Source: Eledone cirrhosa
Lineage: Eukaryota
Assembly: GCA_964016885.1 (NCBI GenBank)
Contig: OZ024740.1
Location: forward strand, 409,758,001-409,822,000
Direction of reading: 5' to 3'
Length of the DNA stretch: 64,000 nucleotides
The position numbers and the translations under genes are program-made. The notes beneath the pieces are model-generated. The model did not search any database and was not told where the DNA came from. It saw nothing but the letters and a program-made list of their open reading frames with translations. Positions 1-12,003 of the stretch are shown here, piece by piece (position 1 is the stretch's first letter; each line of letters starts with the position of its first letter).

Positions 1-306
1 TTCCAGCTAGGGTATATGCTGAATGCTGGTTGTCAGTTGTGAGAGTAACCCGGTTAAATTAGTCAACTTTAAGCATGCATGTGTTTGCTGTAGAACACAG
101 TGAGTAGAGGACACTAACCCTTTGCAATAAAGGTAATCCTCGATCTGCGTGTTTCTCTGATAGGTTCCAGGTGAGTAGGTGAGTGTTCCCTTAAAGGGGT
201 GTCTTATATTATTACCTTTTATATTGCTGTTCTTTTTATTAAAGAGATGATTAATTTTTTTTTTTTTTTTTTTTGTATTACTAATACTGCCATTTTATTC
301 CGACAG

Positions 307-392
307 TCCGCTTTAAAAGATTTGGATGAAAACCACGATGGCAAAGTTACTAAAGAGGAGTTTGTTCATGTGATGAGCAAAAAAAATATTCA
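307..392 (+). CDS. Internal exon of a calmodulin-like EF-hand Ca2+-binding protein gene (gene 1)
   Basis: ttttattccgacag acceptor and GTAAGT donor at 393; 86 nt, phase 0 to 2; encodes SALKDLDENHDGKVTKEEFVHVMSKKNI with a canonical 12-residue EF loop DENHDGKVTKEE. Confidence 0.85.
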
Positions 393-448
393 GTAAGTCG
401 AAAAACCTCATTTCTCTTCTTCGTATTTGTAATGGAGTTGTATAGTTG

Positions 449-505
<57 letters not shown>

Positions 506-999
506 ATATATATATGTATGTATATATATATATATTTGATAGAGATTTGCTTCATTGATCCCTGAAAGAAAGTAAATGAAGGAAAACAAAGTTCAGTAAG
601 TCATGTAGTTCTGTGTTCATCGGTTCTGTCTATCCAACGATTTCATTTAATTTTAAAAAAAGAAAAGAAATCGGCGCAACTTTACTCTACTACTCTTCCT
701 TCTCCCCCTATCATCATTATCATCATCATCATCATCAACAACAAGTGTCATGTGTGAACAAGTTTTCTTTATATTCATTCGCTACTCTGGCTACATCAGG
801 AGACATGTTTGAGTGGCTGGATATCTTCATTAGAAAATATGTAAAGAAACTAAATATTCCTGTAGCTAATAACTAGTATAAGCAGAGATTTCCACACAGA
901 TTACCCCTTAGACCATTGTAGAAAATTAAAAATTACAATGTATTTTTGTATTGTGTTAAAAATCTAATTATCGTCATTTTGTAAACCGATTCATGTGGT

Positions 1000-3598
1000 T
1001 TGGGAAACGAGGGAGACAAAACCGTTAGCTGGGCCCGAGTGACGGAGGCAAAAAGTGGCAACAAGTCCACGATTCGGTCTTTGAAGGACCAAAACGGACG
1101 CGTGATACGTGAGCCGAAGCAGATGTGTGCGGCCTTTCAGCGGCACTTGGCTCAGCTGTTCGGGCAGGGCGGCGCGCCGGGAGAGACTATGGATTTCGGT
1201 CCATACCTCGACGGCCTACCGCGACTCTCGGACAGCGAGGCAAAGTTCTGCGAAAAGCCGATTTCAGCCGCTGAGATAGGGGACGCGCTGAGCCAATGCG
1301 GCAAACGCAAATCTCCAGGTCTCGACAGTCTACCCTACGAATTTTACGTAGCAATGCCGGACTTATTCTCCGGTCTCCTGGAAGCCGTCTACTGGAACTG
1401 GCAACAGAACGGGAGAATTCCCAGTTCTGTGACCGGGGGCGTAGTCACACTAGTCAGGAAGGACGAGAATAAGGGGGATGACATAGGCAACTTCCGGCAC
1501 ATAACTCTGCTAAACACAGAGTTACAGATTTTGGCCAAGGTGTTGGCAAAGAGGCTGGCGCTTCTCGTCGAGAACCTGGTGGGAGAAGTGCAGACATGCG
1601 CAATCCCGACCAAGTCCATACGCGACAACCTCCACCTCATGCGATACATCATAGAGAGGGTAGGGTGTAAACCCGGCTTCGGTGGGGCCCTGATCAACTT
1701 TGATCAGTCTAAGGCTTTCGATAGGGTTGACCATCGTTACCTGGATGCGGTGCTCGAGGCGGCAGGCTTCGGACCCGTGTTCAGGGGCTGGATTGCTGCA
1801 ATGCATAACAGCAACATCTGCTCAAGGGTTAAGGTGAACGGCTACCTCTCGGAGCCATTCCATATCACGCGATCCATTCGACAGGGATGCCCTCTCTCCT
1901 CCCTTCTGTACGTATTGACTCTCGAGCCACTACTGCGGAAGTTGGAGCTATTGCAGGGCATCCCTCTGGAACCGGGACTGCGGAAAGCGGTGTCGGCCTA
2001 CGCCGACGACGTGGCAGTAATGGTGTCTAGCACCTCGCAAATCGAGGAAGTCGGCACCTTACTGAAGGAATACGAAAGGTTCACAGGAGCGAAGCTGAAC
2101 CGGGACAAGTCCATCGGTTTGCAACTCGGATCGTGGAGAGGCAAACCGATGCCTTCCGATAGCGTCGTCGGACGTTGGACGGAAGCACCAGTAAAGCTGC
2201 TCGGGGTCTGGTTTGGTCCGGACCTCCAGGTGGAGAAGAACTGGAACGAGGTGTTGGCCAAGGTGTTTGCACTCACCCAGAAGTGGGCCGAGTGCAAACT
2301 ATCCTTGAAAGGTCGAGCGGAGGTATCGAACACTTTTATAGCGTCCGCCATCTACTATCGCTTGACCGTCATGCCTTGTCCAGCCAAAACGCTCGCCAAA
2401 ATGGAGCGCGCGCTCTTCCAATTCCTTTGGAAGAGGCGGGATCCTTTGGTGAAAAGATCCATCTGCTGCCAACGCCCCTCCAACGGAGGGCTGGGGATGC
2501 GCAAACACGAGCTCAGGCTGCGGCATCTCTACGTATTTCTCACCGGACAACCGGTGTGGGCCCCGTTCGTGAAGCGAGCCTTCCCACGACTTGTCTCGCT
2601 GACCGAGCTGCAGTCCTGGGTCAAACAAAGACCGAGGAAAATGGGCGACTGGCACATCGAATGTGCTCAGGCGCTCACAGCCCTCTGGCAGGCGGATCCG
2701 GCGATCAGTGGAGACTCCACTTTGTCATTCTATAGATGGTTGATCCGCAGAAAGTGCGACGACGTGCTCGGTGAAACTCTAGGCGTAGAGGAAGACGAAC
2801 TGGCCAGTCTGTTCGGTAGGACCTTCCGCCCGGGACCGATGGACAACTTCCAAAAGTCCCTGGCCTGGCAGTGCTACCGAGGAGCTCTACCAGTTTGAGA
2901 CAAGCTCTACAGACATGGGCGCCCGGGAAGGGACCCTGCAAAAAAGATCTGTCCGAGGTGCGTGCGAGACGAAGAAACCGTCGTGCATGCATTCATACAC
3001 TGCCCGGGCGTCACCGACCTGTGGGGCTATGTAGAACGACTAATGTCGCGGGTGGGGCCAATCCGGTTAACCACCGAGTCCATTGTCATGATCAAACCGC
3101 CACCCCCCTTCAAAAACGAAGGAGAGGCGGTTTTCCTTTGTGTGATAGCTATGGCGAAAGAGGTTGTATGGTGGACGACGTTAAAAGGGCTGAGGTCAGA
3201 CACATTTCTCTCCGGACAACAACTGATTCTTTTTTCAAATACCACTTTCGAAGAAGAATCAGGATGGAGAGAGAGGTGCTGTACCCCAGTAAGTTTTATG
3301 AAAGGTGGGTGAAAGTGGCGAGAATGGCCCGAGGGAATAGACCTTCTCTCTATATCAGCCTGTAGGTTGAGGAAAAAGAGGAGGAGAGGAAAGGAGTACA
3401 AACTCTTCGTACTCCTGGAGGGTTACACATTTTTTTTCGGGGGTATGTGTTACCCATATGTAATGTCTCCCCCTATTGGGGAAAATCGACTAATTTTTAA
3501 ATTGCATTTGTGATAATATTTTACACGTTTTTATTGTATGTAAACTTCCTCCTTTGTATTTGTCCCCTTCTTTTGTGCCCCTGTGGCTAATAAAGAAA
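1000..3598 (+). mobile_element. Tx1-type (L1 clade) non-LTR retrotransposon, copy A; 5'-truncated, intronic, defective
   Basis: ORF 1000-2898 has RT motifs (KSPGLD, QGCPLS, YADD); premature TGA at 2896; C-terminal CPRC..H...C; 3' end GTGGCTAATAAAGAAA shared with the array copies. Confidence 0.93.
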
Positions 3599-3704
3599 CA
3601 TATATATAAGTGAACGAAACTAAGCTATTTTCCAAATTTCCAGTCCTGACAAATGAAATATCGAAATTGTAAACTGTAGCCACAAGAAATGTCTATATAA
3701 TTAA

Positions 3705-3919
3705 CCCTTTAGCATTTACATTACTCTATATATACTATTGTATTTTCATAGTAAAACCTTTCTTACGTAATTATCTCACATAATATTGAATCTATGAGAT
3801 TTTGATATTCATTTTGAGAACAATACCTTAACATAAGTATGAGTGACCAGTTATGGCCAGTTTGAACAGAAGAGGAGAGAGAATTCTGGCCGGATATGGC
3901 CAGTTTAAATACTAAAGGG
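3705..3919. mobile_element. piggyBac-type MITE
   Basis: TIRs CCCTTTAGCATTTA / TAAATACTAAAGGG, with TTAA on both sides (3701-3704 and 3920-3923). Confidence 0.75.
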
Positions 3920-4129
3920 TTAAAACTGCTTTAGGAGAAGTCAAACACGAAATCATAAAACCATAAAGTTGCTCCAGTTAAATATATCATATATGATGTC
4001 GAAAAAATAGGACCGCTGGAAATAGCATTGTAAAGCGTCAATGTTAAAACCAAGAATGATTTATATCCATAGATCTCCTCTATCTCAGAATTACAGTGTG
4101 GTATCATTACGATTGTGTGCATACTCTTA

Positions 4130-5660
4130 ATGTGGATCTACTCTGTATATGTTGACTCAGGAAGCGGGGGTCCTGGAATATGATTGACTGTTTACTATCA
4201 TCCTTTGTCGGAGCGTCAGGTCCGTTTGACCAATGCAATATTCATGGCAACCTGCATATGTTATAATATATGTTTAATTGTATGAACTACATGAAAAGTG
4301 ATTTATATCCTTGTTAGGGATTTTGCCTGCCTTTTACTTTTTATAATCGGATATTTTTGTAAGATGTTTTTCATTTTTCCCCTTAGTTGAATAAGGTTTG
4401 GTTGTATGTGTGCATAGATTTCGGATTCTTTGGATTAAAAGTCGAAATATATGGTATAATGCTCCTTTCTTTTTTTCTTTTTGTTTCTCAGAGTACCTGA
4501 GTGTTAATTACTCTTGCTTTTTGAATGCTATTATTGATTAAATTCAGAGGATATTTCGGCTTGCTGAGTATTTTTTCATCTGTTCTAGTCGGTAGTCTCT
4601 TGTTTGGGGGGTTTAGGTTATTGTATAGATATTCATTTACCTAAAATGGATGGAATATTGGTTTTGGATGAGATGATGTAAAACGGAGATATTGTCGAGA
4701 GTCGGTAGGTTTGAAACATACAGTGGTACTTTGACTTACGAATGTCCCAGCTAACGAGTTTTCGTATCTCGATTTCGATTTTTTGCTTTGAGTTGCGAGC
4801 TAAAATTCGGGTTACGAGCCAGTTTCAGATACCCCTCCGTTAGTTGACATAGCGACCGCCACAATGAACGCCGTAACATCCACTCAGCATCCCATAGGTC
4901 CGAAGAAAATGAGCGCGAAGGACAGTGCTGAGAAGAAGAAACGGATGATGTGCATTGAATTAAAGAAAGAAATTATCGAAAAACGACCACGGTGTGCGTG
5001 TAGTCGACTTGGAGAAGCAATACCAGCGTAGCACTCCTACGATCTGCACCATACTGAAGAAATCGATAAAGGCTATAACCCCAGCCAAGGGAGTTAAAAT
5101 AATTTCTAAACAGCGGACATCTATCCGTGAAAAAGCTGCTGATAGTGTGGTTGACGGAGAAGCAGCTCGCAAGAGATACCGTGACGGAGACTATAATCTG
5201 CGTGAAGGCAGGAGCTATTTACGCTGATTTGCTGCAGCAGACCCCAGGTACTTCGACATAGAGTAATTTGAGTTACGAGCTCCGTCACGGAAAGAATTAA
5301 CTCGTAAGTCAAGGTACCACTGTATATATATATATCAGCTTCTAGAGTTGAGTTTCTATTTAGAATATCTAAGAAAATAAGTTCTTTGTTACTGAACTTT
5401 GTAGTGAATTGGATGTTAGGGATTACATTTCTGATAAGATTTTAAACATTGGTCAGTTTAACAAGATTTTTCCTCCACAAAATCTATTCCAGTTTTCTTT
5501 TATATAACAAACTTGTGAAGATTGTTCATAGATTTTTTATTCATGGCATAGCACAACGAGGTTGGCATGTGTTGATGCAGTGGGAGTACCCACATAAACA
5601 ACAAATTTGACATGAACTGCAGGTTGTATTTCTGGATACTTAGAACTTTCCGGTTTTCAG
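4130..5660 (-). mobile_element. Degenerate Penelope-like element (RT C-terminus plus GIY-YIG), interrupted by a Tigger
   Basis: Minus-strand translation gives PNIQFTTKFSNKELIFLDI (about 5360-5420), FKPTDSRQYLRFTSSHP (about 4665-4715), IIPYISTFNPKNP, and FSCSSYN*TYIITYAGCHEYCIGQTDLTLRQRM (about 4200-4300). Confidence 0.7.
4721..5322 (+). mobile_element. Internally deleted pogo/Tigger DNA transposon
   Basis: TIRs CAGTGGTACTTTGACTTACG / CGTAAGTCAAGGTACCACTG, TA on both sides; CENP-B-type HTH remnant (KKKRMMCIELKKEIIEK..VRVVDLEKQYQRSTPTICTILK). Confidence 0.88.
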
Positions 5661-5699
5661 ATATTCCTACCATAGTAGGAATATCTGAAAACAGGAATT

Positions 5700-6125
5700 G
5701 CCAAAATGATATACGGCAAGACAGGCCTTGATGAGTGGGGTCGAGTTGAAAGATTGAAACTCTACTGGCTCTAACGCCCGCGTGAGCGCTACACCATTTG
5801 TATGATGCGGAATATATTCCATCAACATTGGCCGAATGATGTTGGCATCAACTTTAAAATCCATTCTAAAATTGGTCCTCGTGTTATCCACTCTACAAAA
5901 ACCGACGTGGTATCACAACTATTTCACTTCAACAAGACTTACTCTATTTAATATCATACCGAAATACCTCAAGACAGAAAAATATCCCATAAAATTCAAA
6001 AGGTCTCTGAAGAGATCCCTCCACGAAATTCCGGACAAACCCCCTACAACCGTATATGTCACCGGTGACAATATCTCTTTACTGGATTGGGCCATGGTGT
6101 CCAAAGCATGACTGGTATATTAAAA
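5700..6125 (+). mobile_element. 3' fragment of a CR1/L2-group LINE
   Basis: Decayed ERLKLY..RERY motif and LFNIIPKYLK...FKRSL..SLHEIPDKP....NISLLDW, typical of this group's ORF2 C-terminus. Confidence 0.6.
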
Positions 6126-6164
6126 CAGGATTTGAAAGACTCTCCCTCTCTCTCTCTATCTCTA

Positions 6165-6196
<32 letters not shown>

Positions 6197-6317
6197 GCTC
6201 TCTCGCTCTCTCTCTTACTCTCTCTTACTCCCTCTCTCACACACACACACTTATCTACTTTGATCTTTCTTTTCAATAAATGTAAATTTCTATATATTCC
6301 ACCTCATTTTCCTTCCT

Positions 6318-6508
6318 GGGGACAGCATCCTTAAAGATGACTGACAGTAACAAGTCCTTAGGGCAGCATCCTTAGTAACAAGTCCTAGGGACAGCATCCT
6401 TAGTAACAAGTCCTAGGGACAGCATTCTTAGTAACAAGTCTAGGGACAGCATCCTTAGTAACAAGTCCTAGGAACAGCATCCTTAAAGATGACTGAGATA
6501 GTAACAAG
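6318..6508. repeat. 28-bp minisatellite, about 6 units (GGGACAGCATCCTTAGTAACAAGTCCTA)
   Basis: 28-nt period seen directly (6388, 6416); the terminal units carry an extra AAGATGACTGA. Confidence 0.9.
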
Positions 6509-6644
6509 CTGGAGTGACCTTTTTTCACTACCTGGCTTGGCGCCTAAGTTGACTTTCCATTCTCTGTCTTCCTGATAACTGTGAAGTTATCTCTGTATTC
6601 TTTAGGTAAATAGGTTTATTTACAATAGTTTATAACTTTGACTA

Positions 6645-6958
6645 TTAATCCGTATGGTGAGCAAATGGGGTCCCACGTGCTGGCTTACCCACAGACCCGG
6701 CGGACAGGATGGAGAAGGCATTTCCTCGGAGGATGGTAAGGGAGATGCGCTGGAAGAGCCATTCTAACTCGCGAGGCTCACACCTGCGGCTGGCCAGCTC
6801 AGCGCCTATGGTAGTGAATAGGGAGGTAGCCCTAGGGCCAAGGACACTGGAAGTCTCCACAACTGCGGCTGGCCAGCTCAGCACCTATGGTGGTGAATAG
6901 GGAGGTAGCTCTAGGGCCAAGGACACCAGAAGTATCCACTGCTAAGGGCACGACCGTA
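6645..6958 (-). mobile_element. CRE-clade retrotransposon 3' fragment with an internal ~78-bp duplication
   Basis: VETSSVLGP...LFQRISLTILRGNA resembles the CRE RLE C-terminus; 6786-6860 is repeated at 6864-6940. Confidence 0.75.
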
Positions 6959-7304
6959 TTCTTGAATGATAAACAAATGAAAGACAAATCTCACACTCTG
7001 TATAGGTGGGGCTGATACGTTCTAGGTAGCTTTTCCAATAAAAAAAATATTAAAATTTGCACTGCTCATTGAAGCCAGGTATTAATTCAAATCTTCTGTA
7101 ACTAAAGATTTGTGGAGTCGACCGTTAAAGCAGTGTTTTTTCTCCAAGAACTCAACATAGCACAAAGAATAGGATACAAACCACCGCCCTTTGGGATAGT
7201 TTTTTCGGACATAAGTGTTATACTAGAATCTACACTCAATAAATTCTCTTCGTAGAGACATCAAAATTCTTTGTACTTACTCCGAAAGAACCAATATTAT
7301 TTTA

Positions 7305-7490
7305 TGGTGGATTGGCAGTACCGGTAGAGGGCCGGATGCCATGCTTAGTAGTACAGAGTTACGGCCCTTTATAGTCTGAGTTCAAATTCCGCCGAGGTTA
7401 ACTTTGCCTTTCATCCTTACGGGGGTCGATAAAATAAAGTACCAGTAATACACTGGGATAATTGCTGGCCTTGTGCCAGAAGTAGAAACA
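7305..7490 (+). mobile_element. tRNA-derived SINE
   Basis: B-box-like GAGTTCAAATTCC followed by GCCTTTCATCCTTACGGGGGTCGATAAA; a related copy is at 63870-64000. Confidence 0.7.
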
Positions 7491-7578
7491 ATTATTTTAT
7501 TGCTTTTTCTATAAATGCATCGTTTTATATGGCTGTTAATGTATCCTTTTCTCTCTTACCTGTTTTCTCTTTATCTAG

Positions 7579-7774
7579 CGATCCAGGCGTACTGCAGGAA
7601 GCTTTTAATAAATTTGACACCGACGGATCAGGTTTCATCACTAAAGATGAACTGGGAGCTGTGATGAAATCACTTGGTCTGGTTACCAGTGAAGAGGCTG
7701 TAGAGGAAATGATGCGTCTTGCCAGCAGAGATGATAAGATTAGTTTTAGGGAATTTGCGAATATTTTAAGATAG
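7579..7774 (+). CDS. Terminal exon of the calmodulin-like EF-hand gene 1
   Basis: Polypyrimidine tract plus ttatctag acceptor; phase 2 matches exon 307-392 (CA|C = His); encodes DPGVLQEAFNKFDTDGSGFITKDELGAVMKSLG...ASRDDKISFREFANILR*; AATAAA at 7797-7802. Confidence 0.88.
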
Positions 7775-8117
7775 AAGTACCTTATCAAAGAAGCACAATA
7801 AAGGATTATATGTAGTATGTAGTCTTTGAATTGATTACTATTCTCTTTATATTTCTTCAAATTTTGTATTAAATAATCTCTGTAAATTAACAAATGATAA
7901 CAAAGTGTGTCGTGTATTTTATTTAATTATTCTTATTTATTTTATCTTTCGCTTATATTTTCTTTCAAAATAATCGTGTGATTATTTCCAAAACATCTGA
8001 CAACATATCCTCAGTGAAATGACATTGTGGTGCAGTTTCAATTCTCAAGTGAAACTGATTTCTAAAATTCTTACAAAACTTGGCTTGGAAATAAGTTCGA
8101 CGCTCGCAGTACAAAAT

Positions 8118-8442
8118 ATGGCACTCCGTCGGTTACGACGACGACTGTTCCAGTTGATTCGATCAACGGAATACTCTGTTAATGAAATTAGCGTTCATGT
8201 GGCTGAGTGTTACACAGACACGTGTACCTTTAACGTAGTTCTCAGGGAGATTCAGCGTGACACAGAATGTGACAAGGCTGGCCCTTCGAATTACAGGTAG
8301 AACTCATTTTTGCTAGCTAAATGGACTGGAGCAACGTGAAATAAAGTGTCTTCCTCAAGGATGCAACGCACCTCCTGGAATCGAACTCAAGAACTTACAA
8401 TCGTGATCCAAATACCCTAACCACTAGGTTATGCGCCTTCAC
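8118..8442 (-). mobile_element. tRNA-derived SINE
   Basis: Reverse-strand tRNA-like head (TAGTGGTTAGG...GTTCGATTCC); shares the GGAGCAACGTGAAAT core with 52340-52620. Confidence 0.7.
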
Positions 8443-8614
8443 ATAGGTAGTACAAGCAGGTGAGAAAGGTCGCAACGCAGACAATAAAAACATTAACGGT
8501 TAGAACATCGGAGGACTTTGTTATTAATCTAGAATCCGACTTTAGATCAGCCAATAAAATATTCTGACAGACCCTCCCCCCACACACACTCCTGCTACAT
8601 GTGTGTGTGTGTGT

Positions 8615-8733
<119 letters not shown>

Positions 8734-9319
8734 CATAGTTTAGTAAGGGGTGCAGTGGGTTGAGATTTTGGTTTTGCTTGATTAACAAGTCTGATTAACA
8801 GATTGGGCTGGAATCGGGTGTATAGCATTTGCATGGATCCTCAGCCATCCATCTGTGAAACGGTCGTAACTGTGTTTTATCAATAAAGACCTTGATGTGA
8901 AACCTCACTTTCTTTTTAATATGTGTGTGTGTGTGTGTGTGTGTGTATATGGCAAGTAAGCCCCAGGGGATCCACGGTAGTATTGCAAGAGCCCACAGTA
9001 GCATTGCAGGGCCCACTGTAGTATTTTAGGGGCCAATGCTTTGCTCTCAAAAAATACCTAAAATTTAAGAGAAAGAACAAAAATGAAACAAAAAATTAAA
9101 CAAAAAATAAAACAAAAAATAAAACAAAAAATAAAACAAAAAAAATAAATAAAACAATTAAGCAAAGCATTTGGTCAACTAATTCCCCAGGGAATTACTA
9201 GAAACCAAAATATACGATAGTGCAATTAGCTGGAATCAGTGGTTGTACATTCTACTAAATCTAAAGCTTAGTGTATTCATTCGTGCATGCCTCGTACATA
9301 TATAGACACAAACACAGAA

Positions 9320-9421
<102 letters not shown>

Positions 9422-9789
9422 AATATAAATTAGCGAGAATCGTATTTCGGCTATTGGAAATTAGCGAAAAACAACTTCCGATATGTGTGGCAAGCGCTCA
9501 ATAGATTCTAACGAACCAGAGCTACAACATAAGTTAAAAGGCCAAACACACTGAGACGATGGTTAAACCATTATCCGCACAGCCATAGAAACGACCAAGT
9601 AATTCGGGTCAAACAAATAAAATATGATTGAAAATTATACCCGGACCCCCGGAAGGTTGGTAAAATCCAGCATTTGGGTTTCTGCAACTCCTAAATCAGG
9701 TACTGTCTGCTTAGACAAATAATGTTAAGCTTTTGGTAAGATCATTGAACAAGGAAGTCACCTTCTCAACAGGCTTTTAGTTCAAGTGC

Positions 9790-9820
<31 letters not shown>

Positions 9821-9826
<6 letters not shown>

Positions 9827-10520
9827 GGAAAAATTGAAACGAAATTTCATTTCTCACTCTTAGTACGGCTGTTACTTAAATATAAGTATGTATACGTACA
9901 TACATATATATATACAGACGTACAGTAGTATGTATATATGTATACATACATGCACACATATATATATGTACGTATGGATTCACCGAACATTTATTATAAT
10001 GCTCGGTGTGTCTGTAAACAAACATCCCTGTACGTCTGTATACATATATGTATGTACGTATACATACTTATATTTAAGTAACAGCCGTACTAAGAGTGAG
10101 AAATGTAATTTCGTTTCATTTTTTCCGTTTATCGTTTTCGGTACTCCGGCCGATTAACTCACTCTATATGCAAATTGGGCTGCGCAGCCGTTAATATGCA
10201 TAAGGAAAGTATATACTTTCAGACGTTCAATCATCTGGCAGGAAGGTATACGTTGCTGACAATAGCTAATAAGCTTGAAACTAGTACAGCGTTCCTTTGT
10301 CAGTGTTGAACAAATGAGCAACGATGGTTGCTAGACACTGTACGGCTTAATTCGGGATGTTTGTTTACAAACACACCGAGCATTATAATAAATGTTCGGT
10401 GAATCCATACGTACATATATATGTGTGCATGTATGTATACATATATACATACTACTGTACGTCTGTATACATATATACATACTACTGTACGTCTGTATAC
10501 ATATATGTATGTATGTATGT
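9821..10520. repeat. Compound inverted duplication (A-B-A'-C-B'-A' partial)
   Basis: 9821-9926 is the reverse complement of 10028-10130; 9927-10027 is the reverse complement of 10354-10455. Confidence 0.85.
10251..10291 (+). ncRNA. Type I hammerhead-like motif (G8A variant, probably inactive)
   Basis: CGTTG-CTGACAA-T-AGCT AATA AGCT-T-GAAA-CTAGTA-CAGCG; stems I and II pair. Confidence 0.55.
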
Positions 10521-10527
10521 ATACATA

Positions 10528-10573
<46 letters not shown>

Positions 10574-11497
10574 AACAAGTATGACCCCGACGGCAGAGCT
10601 CAAGCCGTTTCGACGGCTAATTCTGGACTCATATATATATATTCCCCGCTCCACCCACACCCTTTCTCCACACTCACTCATCCCACTAACACCTCTACTA
10701 ATACACACACACACCCTCCTCACTCCAACTTTCACACCTACCCATCCTCGCCCCTTTACCATTCCACTCGACTGCTGCTATGCCCTCTGACCACCTCCCA
10801 GCACACACAGACACACAGCACTCCTACCGCCTTGACCACTTCCTGTTGCGCGCGCACCCCACATCTCTCCTCTTCCGACCATCTCTCCATGGATTACTCG
10901 TATGTGGAGCTTGACCGCGGAATCAACTACGATCCTAGGAGTTTACCAACCTTTCAACCACATCTTCTTAGAGAATCACCTTTATAACTCACCCACACGC
11001 ACACCCAAAAAAAAATGTTTTTCCCACACGCCACCTACACCCACAACACGCTTAAACCCTACACACACGTGCTTTCCACCACACATTTACACCTTCAGCC
11101 TCCGGATTCCTCTCCCCCCCACCCCTCTATCCACACACGCGCACACACTCTGACCTACACCCCACCTCACACACACCTCTTCCTGAACATGCAACCCCGT
11201 TCTTCTCCCAACCCTTGCTTTCACATACACACACACACACACACGTACACCTACACACACACACCACATTCAGCACTCCCCGCTCGGACACCCCGTCTCC
11301 CTCTCCCCACTCCACCCGCCACCAACCCTACACACCCCACACCGTTCCACCACTTGTTTTACCCCATTTTAATTTTATTTTATTTTGATCATGCTTTTAT
11401 TTTTAATTTCATTCGCACCGTTTCCTCCCACCCCCTTTTCGCTATATGTCTCTCCACCACTCCCCTACACACCCTTTGAACTCTCTTCCCACACACT

Positions 11498-11535
11498 TTT
11501 CACCTGAAGAAGGGCTTATGCCCGAAACGTCGTTC
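11498..11535 (+). ncRNA. Minimal type I hammerhead ribozyme motif (Penelope pLTR type)
   Basis: CTGAAGA-A-GGGC TTAT GCCC-GAAACGTC with palindromic ACGT in stem III; follows a C/A-rich, possibly Penelope-derived region (about 10800-11500). Confidence 0.7.
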
Positions 11536-11620
11536 CCCACCACCACCCCACTCTCCAGAGCGTGAAATTAATAAACATTCGTTGTACTGCCTCTTTGTTT
11601 TGTTCCTGTTCAAATTTTCC

Positions 11621-11659
<39 letters not shown>

Positions 11660-12003
11660 TTACACACGAACTACTGACCACATAATATTTGGCATAAATG
11701 GGTTAAAGACATCTGTCAAATAAATTAGTGGTGAAGGTGGTGTATATATCCATCTTTAGATAGATAGATTTCTTTATTAGCCACAAGGGCGCAACAAGAA
11801 AAGGGGACAATACAAAGACATGCCGGGGATTTTACATACAGTCGTGTAAAAAATATAAAAACAAACTATTTCAACAATCGAAATCCCCAATAGGGGGAAG
11901 GCGCCACAAATGGGTTGTTTAATACCCCGTCGATAGAACAACCCTCAACTCCAGGAGCGTGTTGTGCAGGTGCTCCTTTCTTCCTTTTGCTCTCTTCCTC
12001 AAC

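Noticed and set aside
6318-6508. 28-bp repeats as a possible CRISPR array
   Set aside because: The units are contiguous with no spacers
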